This document shows positions 57,237-64,000 of a stretch of DNA of 64,000 nt, one piece after another. The stretch comes from an uncultured Bacteroidota bacterium. Lineage in GTDB: Bacteria > Bacteroidota > Ignavibacteria > UBA10030 > UBA8401. Numbering within the stretch: the first letter of the stretch is position 1; each line of letters starts with the position of its first letter. Made by a program: the position numbers and the translations under genes. Under the pieces are notes generated by a model, which was given only the letters and a program-made list of their open reading frames with translations, did no database searches and was not told the DNA's origin. The stretch lies in NCBI GenBank assembly GCA_963772165.1, contig CAVYWA010000022.1, positions 2,832-66,831 of the forward strand, in the 5' to 3' direction.

Positions 57237-59609
57237 TTGATAAAAGAAAAGGAAGCAATCACAATGGGAAAGTCACTACTTCTGCTCGTTTTATTTTGCG
57301 CAATAGCAGGCGCGCAGCAATTAAGCAATCCACAGCAAACTCCAGACACGGCCAACAAACGTCTCTTCACTCAGAATAAGGGACAATGGAACCCCGTGGT
57401 AAATACGGACACTCCCTCCTTCTCGCCGGTATCAGATACAATTGACGCCAAAGTGATCACGGATAGAAGGGTATTTCAAAAACATGAACATAAAGATCGA
57501 ATGACCCTTTCAAAAGTCATTAGCAGCAGGGCTGCAACAGCATTGAAGACAGAAGCCGATACCGGCTCGGTTTATTGGCAACAAGCCAATGGACCTTATG
57601 GAGTGGATGTGACTTCCATAGTGATCAATTCATCCGGGAACATTTTTGCAGGAACTGATCGAGGAATATATCTTTCAACTAACAATGGGAGTAGTTGGGC
57701 ACAGGAAAATAATGGTCTGACTAACCCGGCAGTGAGATCTTTAGCGATCAATTCATCTGGATATATTTTTGCAGGAGTTCGCGGAGCAGTCTGTCTTTCA
57801 ACAAATAATGGCAGTAGTTGGACTTATGTAGATAGTGGTTTGGCTGACGTGTACGTGAATTCATTAGCGAGCAATGCATCGGGGGACATTTTTGCAGGAA
57901 CTTATGGAGAAGGAGTATATCTCTCAACAAATAATGGAAGCGGTTGGACAGAGGTAAATAATGGTTTGACGGACACGGATGTGTTGTCTTTAGCGATAAA
58001 TTCATCGGGAAACATTTTTGCAGGAACTGACGGAGGAATATACCTTTCAACAAATAATGGGAGTAGCTGGACAGAGGTAAATAATGGTTTGACGAACACG
58101 GACGTGTTGTCTTTAGCAATCAATTCATCGGGAAATGTTTTTGCAGGAACTGATGGAGGAATATACCTTTCAACAAATAATGGGAGTAGTTGGACTCAGG
58201 TAAATAGCGGTTTGGCGAACACGGAGGTGCTTTCATTAGCAATCAATGCATCGGGAAATGTTTTTGCAGGAACTTATGATAGAGGCGTTTATCTTTTGAC
58301 AAGTAACGGCAACAGCTGGACCTGCGTAGATAGTGGTTTGGCAAGCACGAATGTGTATTCATTAGCGATCAATGCATCGGGGAACATTTTTGCTGGAATT
58401 GGCGGAGGCATTTATCTTTCTACGAATAATGGGAGTAGTTGGACAGAAGCAAATAATGGTCTGAGGGGTGCGAAGGTCTTGTCTTTCGCGATCAATTCGT
58501 CGGGGAACATTTTTGCTGGAACTGATGAAGGAATATATCTTTCAACAAATAATGGGAGTAGTTGGACTCAGGTAAATAACGGATTGGGGAATGCGGATGT
58601 GTGGTCTTTAGTGATGAATTCATCTGGGTATATTTTTGCAGGAACCTATGGAGAAGGAGTATATTTTTCAACAAATAATGGCAGCAGTTGGACACAGGTA
58701 AATTATTCTGATTTGTCGTACAAGAATGTGCAGGCATTAGCGATCAATTCATCGGGGTACATTCTTGCAGGCATTCATGATGGGGGCGCCTATCTGTCAA
58801 CAAATAATGGCAGCAGTTGGATTCGGGTAGATAGCGGTTGGACGACAGCGAATGTGCTGTCATTCGCGATCAATGCATCGGGAAACATTTTTGCAGGAAT
58901 TGAAGGAGGAGTATATCTTTCGACAAATAATGGAAGTAGTTGGACTAACATAGGTTTGACGAACACGGGGGAGGTGTTTTCTTTAGCGATCAATGCATCG
59001 GGGGACATTTTTGCAGGAGAGTATAGAGAAGGCGTTTATCTTTCAACAAATGATGGTACTAGTTGGACTCAAACAAGTTTGGACAGCATGTTTGTATATG
59101 CATTGGCGATTAATAGATCGGGGGACATTTTTGCAGGAACTACTAGTGGAGGAGCTTCTGGAGGAGCAGTATATCATTCAACAAATAATGGGAGTAGTTG
59201 GACAGAGGTAAATAATGGTTTGACGAACACTAATGTGTATTCATTAGCGATCGATTCATCGGGGTATATTTTTGCAGGAACTGCGGGAGGTGTTTTTCGA
59301 TCAATGAATTCGACAACTGACGTAAAAACACAACACACTATTGCAAAGGAATTTGCTTTGTTACAAAATTATCCAAATCCGTTCAATCCAAGCACAGTCA
59401 TCAGCTATCAGCTTCCAGTCAACGGTTACGTTACCTTGAAAGTTTATGATGTGTTAGGTAGAGAGGTGAAAACTCTGGTTAACGATCGTCAGACTGCGGG
59501 CACTCACTCGGTTACGTTCGACGCGCGCACGTTAGCGAGCGGAGTGTATTTCTACAGGCTTAGTGCTGGGAGTTTTGTTAGCACGAAGAAATTGATGTTG
59601 ATCAAGTAG
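57237..59609 (+). CDS. Secreted 14-repeat BNR-type beta-propeller protein with secretion CTD (likely start MGKSLLL)
   Basis: 14 copies of SLAIN.SG.IFAGT.GG.YLSTNNGSSWT; QNYPNPFNPST CTD. Confidence 0.92.
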   Translation: MIKEKEAITMGKSLLLLVLFCAIAGAQQLSNPQQTPDTANKRLFTQNKGQWNPVVNTDTPSFSPVSDTIDAKVITDRRVFQKHEHKDRMTLSKVISSRAATALKTEADTGSVYWQQANGPYGVDVTSIVINSSGNIFAGTDRGIYLSTNNGSSWAQENNGLTNPAVRSLAINSSGYIFAGVRGAVCLSTNNGSSWTYVDSGLADVYVNSLASNASGDIFAGTYGEGVYLSTNNGSGWTEVNNGLTDTDVLSLAINSSGNIFAGTDGGIYLSTNNGSSWTEVNNGLTNTDVLSLAINSSGNVFAGTDGGIYLSTNNGSSWTQVNSGLANTEVLSLAINASGNVFAGTYDRGVYLLTSNGNSWTCVDSGLASTNVYSLAINASGNIFAGIGGGIYLSTNNGSSWTEANNGLRGAKVLSFAINSSGNIFAGTDEGIYLSTNNGSSWTQVNNGLGNADVWSLVMNSSGYIFAGTYGEGVYFSTNNGSSWTQVNYSDLSYKNVQALAINSSGYILAGIHDGGAYLSTNNGSSWIRVDSGWTTANVLSFAINASGNIFAGIEGGVYLSTNNGSSWTNIGLTNTGEVFSLAINASGDIFAGEYREGVYLSTNDGTSWTQTSLDSMFVYALAINRSGDIFAGTTSGGASGGAVYHSTNNGSSWTEVNNGLTNTNVYSLAIDSSGYIFAGTAGGVFRSMNSTTDVKTQHTIAKEFALLQNYPNPFNPSTVISYQLPVNGYVTLKVYDVLGREVKTLVNDRQTAGTHSVTFDARTLASGVYFYRLSAGSFVSTKKLMLIK

Positions 59610-59629
59610 GCGGATGTCGATAATTCAGC

Positions 59630-59797
59630 AGCCGACAAGACAAAAAAGCGTTGCCCCATGCAATCGAAGAGCCATCCTGCAGCGGCTGTGAAAAAGAAAA
59701 GCCGATGATAAACTGTTACACCTTCGAAAACACCGGCATTCTTCGGTGAACTTGCTTGCGCAGGTTCCTTCGGACCATCTTTTGTGCTTTCAGTCAC
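59630..59797 (-). pseudogene. Truncated MFS transporter (first TM helix only)
   Basis: GVTVYH.LFFFTAAAGWLFDCMGQRFFVLS resembles an MFS TM1; it then runs into the convergent gene. Confidence 0.6.
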
Positions 59798-59833
59798 TGC
59801 TAATGTTTCCGGTGTTAGAACTGAGAATGGAAA

Positions 59834-60892
59834 TTACTCAACGAGAACGGCCCGTTGTTCTTTTGCGGAACGATAGATTGCCGATATGATCGCAACTGCC
59901 GCCCGGCCTTCGGCACCGTCGATGCTCGGCGGACGGTTCTCGCGGATGGCGGAAACAAAATCTGCAAACTGGCGTCGGTGCCCTTCACTGTTGATCGCGC
60001 CCGGGGATGAAGCACCGCCGTCCGGAGCATCGCTCCGTTTTCCAAAACGTAATCGAATCTGTTCATCCTCCGGCAAATCATGGCGGAATTGCCACGACTG
60101 AAAGCTTTCGTCTTCCATAACAACGGATCCGTCGGTACCGGAGATTTCGATGCGCAGCGTTGTTCCCGGCCAGGACCCGGTGGTGCCTTCAACGACACCC
60201 AAGGCGCCCGATTTGAAAAGAAGCGAGGCGACGGCCACATCTTCGACTTCAATACCGGTATGAGCCCTGGTAGCCGAAAACGCTGTTACTTTCTCTACTC
60301 CCCCCATAAGCCACTGGAGAAGGTCGATGCCGTGGATTCCTTGATTCATCAAGGCGCCTCCGCCATCGTAACGATACGTACCTCGCCACCCGCTCGACGC
60401 ATAATACTCTTGGGTACGATACCATTTGATGTAAACGTCCGCGAGGACGATAGTTCCGAAGCGACCCGTGCCGATCGCGTTTTTCAAAACTTGACTCGAT
60501 TCCGAAAATCTGCGCGGAAACATTGCACCGAGTTTGACTCCATTCTCCCGACAGGCGGCAATGACCCGATCGATTCTTTCTGTGGTGACATCGAGAGGTT
60601 TCTCGATGATGAGATGTTTCTTAGCCCTGGCAGCAGCAATGGCCGTTTCCATATGAAGTCCGGAAGGGGTGCAGACTGAAACTGCATCGATTTCGGGATT
60701 CTTCAGGAAGGCGTCGAGATCGGAGTATGCTGTGCCCCCAAACTGAGAAACCCGCTTTTCTGCCGCGGCGAGCGTGCGGTCCCAGAAGGCAGCGATCTCC
60801 GCTCCCGGCACCTTTGTCAGGGCATCGGCCTGAATTTCGCTGATCATTCCGCAGCCGACGATTCCGAATTTGACTATTCGTTCCTTTGTCAC
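59834..60892 (-). CDS. Gfo/Idh/MocA family oxidoreductase
   Basis: GIVGCGMI, CTPSGLH, IEKPL, WRGT..DGGGALMNQGIHGIDLL. Confidence 0.93.
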   Translation of the reverse strand: MTKERIVKFGIVGCGMISEIQADALTKVPGAEIAAFWDRTLAAAEKRVSQFGGTAYSDLDAFLKNPEIDAVSVCTPSGLHMETAIAAARAKKHLIIEKPLDVTTERIDRVIAACRENGVKLGAMFPRRFSESSQVLKNAIGTGRFGTIVLADVYIKWYRTQEYYASSGWRGTYRYDGGGALMNQGIHGIDLLQWLMGGVEKVTAFSATRAHTGIEVEDVAVASLLFKSGALGVVEGTTGSWPGTTLRIEISGTDGSVVMEDESFQSWQFRHDLPEDEQIRLRFGKRSDAPDGGASSPGAINSEGHRRQFADFVSAIRENRPPSIDGAEGRAAVAIISAIYRSAKEQRAVLVE

Positions 60893-60911
60893 GCGCGATC
60901 CTTGAACGGAC

Positions 60912-60937
60912 GATGGCTCATGTTTTAATGAGCCATC
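60912..60937. other. Intergenic hairpin GATGGCTCAT/ATGAGCCATC
   Basis: Perfect 10-bp stem; no clear U-tract. Confidence 0.5.
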
Positions 60938-60967
60938 CGTGTCGCTGAATAAAAATTTTAAAGAGAA

Positions 60968-61867
60968 TTAATTCAGCAAATGAAATTTGCGTAGAAAATC
61001 ATCTGCAAGCTTGAGTATGTCATCGTCATAGTAGCGTGAATATTTTGGATTTCCCTCTCCAAGATAGTGCCTCATTCCCTTGTACGTATGCTGCTCAAAA
61101 TAATTGCCTTCCTTCGTCATTGCGCTGTCAAAAAATTGCACCGTCCAGAGAGGAACCTGATCGTCATACTGGCCATGGAACTCGATCATCGGAGGCATTC
61201 CTCCCTTTATATTATGGGTCGGAGAGATGCTCCATATTTTATTCCGCCGGTCAGCCAGCAAACGGTCGCACCAGCCTTCGACTGTATTGACGCATGATGA
61301 AAAGAGGAGAATTGCGTCCGGGCGGCAGCTGATGCCGAGGTTATCCGATTTTTCATTGTAATCATCGATCATCGCTGTGCATAATGCCAGGTGTCCTCCG
61401 GCAGACTGACCGGCGGCAACGATTTTATTTTTGTCAATGTGAAATTTCCCTGCGTTTTCCCGAACCCACCGTATGGCCGATTTAGCATCCATGACACATT
61501 CGATCGGGCTGATCAATTTATGCGGTACTACCCCATTTTCAATTGACAAGCGATACTCCACCGAAAAGGTCACAATCCCCATTTTCGCATAGCGTTCACA
61601 GGTTGTAAAGAATTCACTTGGGGTTCCATAGGCCCAGCCGCCGCCATGAAAGAAGACAATCGCTGTATTATTCTCTCTTTTCAACGATTGCTCTGAATAA
61701 AAAATATCGATCGTAAGTTTGGTCGTGTCGACTGTTTTGTAAACTTCCTGCATGTGGATAACCCGGTCATTGTTCCCAGCCTGATCGGCCAGGGTCTGCT
61801 CTCCTTTCATGACAGCATGTGTCAAAAAAGATAAGCAGAGGAAGATGGTGATGAGTAGATTTTTCAT
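60968..61867 (-). CDS. Secreted alpha/beta hydrolase (HSL-like esterase)
   Basis: Signal peptide; HGGGW, GQSAGG, D..VP and catalytic H. Confidence 0.92.
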   Translation of the reverse strand: MKNLLITIFLCLSFLTHAVMKGEQTLADQAGNNDRVIHMQEVYKTVDTTKLTIDIFYSEQSLKRENNTAIVFFHGGGWAYGTPSEFFTTCERYAKMGIVTFSVEYRLSIENGVVPHKLISPIECVMDAKSAIRWVRENAGKFHIDKNKIVAAGQSAGGHLALCTAMIDDYNEKSDNLGISCRPDAILLFSSCVNTVEGWCDRLLADRRNKIWSISPTHNIKGGMPPMIEFHGQYDDQVPLWTVQFFDSAMTKEGNYFEQHTYKGMRHYLGEGNPKYSRYYDDDILKLADDFLRKFHLLN

Positions 61868-61909
61868 AGAGATTGAGGTTTTGAGGTTTCTGAAAAATTA
61901 GTGCTTAAT

Positions 61910-61997
61910 TGTCATTCTGATCCTCGACGAGTCGAGTCTTCGACCGCCGCCTTTTGATCGTCGGAAAGCGACGATTCTTCGAGGGGGAGAAGAATCC
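61910..61997. repeat. REP-like half element TGTCATTCTGA...GAAGAATCC with inserted hairpins
   Basis: Same ends as the left half of the 62363 and 62528 elements. Confidence 0.7.
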
Positions 61998-62041
61998 ATG
62001 ACTCGGAACCCCTGTGATTCACACCGCCGCATCGAAGCAAC

Positions 62042-62320
62042 CTACAGCCGAATCTCCTCCCATTCCGGATTGACCGATTCGATCAGCGCGATTTTCTTTT
62101 CCCTTACCCAGCCCTTAATTTGTTTTTCCCGCGCTATTGCATCGCGAACATCGCCGTATTCTTCGAAGTACACAAGTCTCGATATTCGGTATTGATTGGT
62201 GAATCCGGGAATATTCTTTTCTTTATGCTGAATGATTCTCTTTCGAAGATTATTCGTCATGCCTGCGTATAACGTTCCCCGCTTTTGACTGGCGAGTAAA
62301 TAGAAATAATATTTTCTCAT
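62042..62320 (-). CDS. GIY-YIG nuclease family protein (UPF0213-like)
   Basis: YFYLLAS..GTLYAGMTNNL..R..QH..GFT..Y..LVYFE..AIAREKQIKGW.R.KK..LIE..NP.W. Confidence 0.93.
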   Translation of the reverse strand: MRKYYFYLLASQKRGTLYAGMTNNLRKRIIQHKEKNIPGFTNQYRISRLVYFEEYGDVRDAIAREKQIKGWVREKKIALIESVNPEWEEIRL

Positions 62321-62362
62321 TGCATTCCCCTCATATTTTTTTCTGTCATCCATCCTTTTCAT

Positions 62363-62687
62363 TGTCATCCTGATCCCGCCGCTTTATGGCGGGAGAAGGA
62401 TCCACAACACTGCACTGCCGTAACGGGAGGATGTCCCATCAGAAAAACTTACGGGCCACCAGACTGCAGTGCCATGGATTCTTCGTCGCTACGCTCCTCA
62501 GAATGACAAAGACTGTTGCCTTTTCATTGTCATCCTGATCCCGCCGCTTTATGGCGGGAGAAGGATCCACGACACTGCACTGCCGTAACGGTAGGATGTC
62601 CCATCAGAAAAACTTACGGGTCGCCAAACTGCAGTGTCATAGATTCTTCGTCTCCCGACGAAAAGCGTCGGGATCCTCAGAATGACA
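62363..62687. repeat. Two tandem palindromic REP-like elements (TGTCATCCTGA...TCAGAATGACA), period 165 bp
   Basis: 62363-62508 and 62528-62687 are near-identical except for the right-hand internal hairpin. Confidence 0.92.
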
Positions 62688-62729
62688 TTGCTTGGGGATT
62701 TTTCGGAAGCCTCGTTTTATTTGCACCGG

Positions 62730-64000
62730 TTAGACCCGCGGCTCCCATCCTTTTTCATACTCGCGCCCCCACATTTCCATTGCCTTGGTGTCGTTCAGAA
62801 TATGCCCCGTCTGCACGTCAAGGGTTAATCGCCCGGTTCATTTTCCAAGCGATGTTCGAGAGGAGCAATGTCGTGACACTGATGTTCGCCTCTTCTACGG
62901 GCGAATGCAATTGTTCTCCGACCCGGATGCCGTTGATGAAATTCCGAAAATGAGCATCGGTCATGTCGTCCGCGCTCGTGAGGTCCTGGGTCGTGCTCTT
63001 GTTCTCGGTCTTGAATTCGTCAATCTTCTTGTCATCCAGACCGAAGACTTCGTATCCACTCCTGTCAATGATGACAGTACCTTCCGTTCCCTCAATGGCC
63101 GCTCCGCGATCCCTGCCGTAGGACCGCTTCCCCTGGCAGCTGAGGCCCTCCCACGAAATCATCTTTCCGTCATACTCAAAACTCGTGACCAGTGTGTCGT
63201 AAAATTCCCAGTCATCGTTGAAGTGATACCGCCCTCCCGATGAAGTCACCGTCTTCGGAAAGTCAACGCCAAGCGCCCACCGGCACACGTCGACTTCATG
63301 CGTACCATTGTTCAGCGCTTCACCCGTCCCCCAATTCCAGAACCAATGCCAGTTGTACGGATGGATGTTGTCTTTGTACGGCCTTCGGGGCGCCGGGCCC
63401 TGCCACAATTGCCAGTCCAGATCATCCGGGATAGGAACGATTTTTCCGACGCCGATGGAGTTCCGTGTGTTCGCGTACCATGCCTTTGCAAAATACGGCC
63501 GTCCGATAAGACCTTTCTTGATGCGGTTGATGATTTCAATGGTGTGCGGCGACGAACGCTGTTGATTTCCCATTTGCACAAGCCGCCCATACTTTTTCTG
63601 CGCCCGGACCAGCAGCTCCCCTTCGTGCGGATTGTGGCTGCACGGCTTTTCGACGTAAACGTGTTTCCCCGCCTCCAAAGCCAAAATCGCTATTGGTGTA
63701 TGCCAGTGATCCGGCGTCGCAATCGAGACCGCATCGACATCGTTGGAATCAAGGAGCTTTCGGAAATCTTGCACCCGGGTGGGGGCACGGCCTGTTTTGT
63801 TCTGTACGGCAACGGAGAATTTGTCGAGCTCTCTGCGGTCGACATCGCAGACGTGGCTGATGGTTGCATTGCTGCGGTTCGCTGCGAGAGACTCAAGGTG
63901 CGCGTATCCCCGGCCGTGCAAGCCGATGACGGCAAAATTTACCCGCTCATTTGCGCCTATGATCCGGGAATAACTTTTTGCATTCAAGCCGGAAGCCAAT
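62730..64000 (-). CDS. Gfo/Idh/MocA family oxidoreductase; N-terminus beyond the window; frameshift near 62830
   Basis: IGANERVN.AVIG..GRG, ATPDHWH, YVEKP, QMGNQQRS, NNGTHEVD; restored end GREYEKGWEPRV*. Confidence 0.92.

Overview
Bacterial chromosomal window. It most likely comes from an Ignavibacteria-like member of the FCB/Bacteroidota group, inferred from the YPNPFNP-type C-terminal secretion domains, the sigma70-type promoters and the gene content. Bases 1-40.3 kb form one large minus-strand surface-polysaccharide locus. It holds two SLBB export paralogues, Wzi, Wzz, Wzx, Wzy, nucleotide-sugar enzymes (Gmd, Fcl, Rmd-like, Uxs, Ugd, WbpA-like, RfbC/D), glycosyltransferases and an AT-rich pseudaminic-acid (pseB/C/F/G/I) cassette. 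Next come a complete minus-strand rRNA operon (16S, tRNA-Ile, tRNA-Ala, 23S, 5S), pfk, surE and tRNA-fMet. A plus-strand accessory block follows (ABC-2 exporter and four secreted beta-propeller-type proteins), then oxidoreductase and hydrolase genes and a GIY-YIG gene among REP-like palindromes. Many genes carry single frameshifts that look like long-read indel errors. The most striking unexplained structure is a system of degenerate short-period (7-, 8-, 9-nt) tandem arrays. These fill most intergenic spacers of the distal polysaccharide operon with fixed polarity and are partly co-opted into protein termini. They flank each of two four-helix-bundle (23S-IVS-protein/Avd-like) genes as inverted pairs with a gene-specific unit, so each gene would sit in the loop of an IVS-like RNA stem. 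Both tRNA-Ala and tRNA-fMet are followed by hairpin-remodelled echo copies. All calls come from reading the sequence and ORF track; no searches were run and coordinates of non-coding features are approximate.
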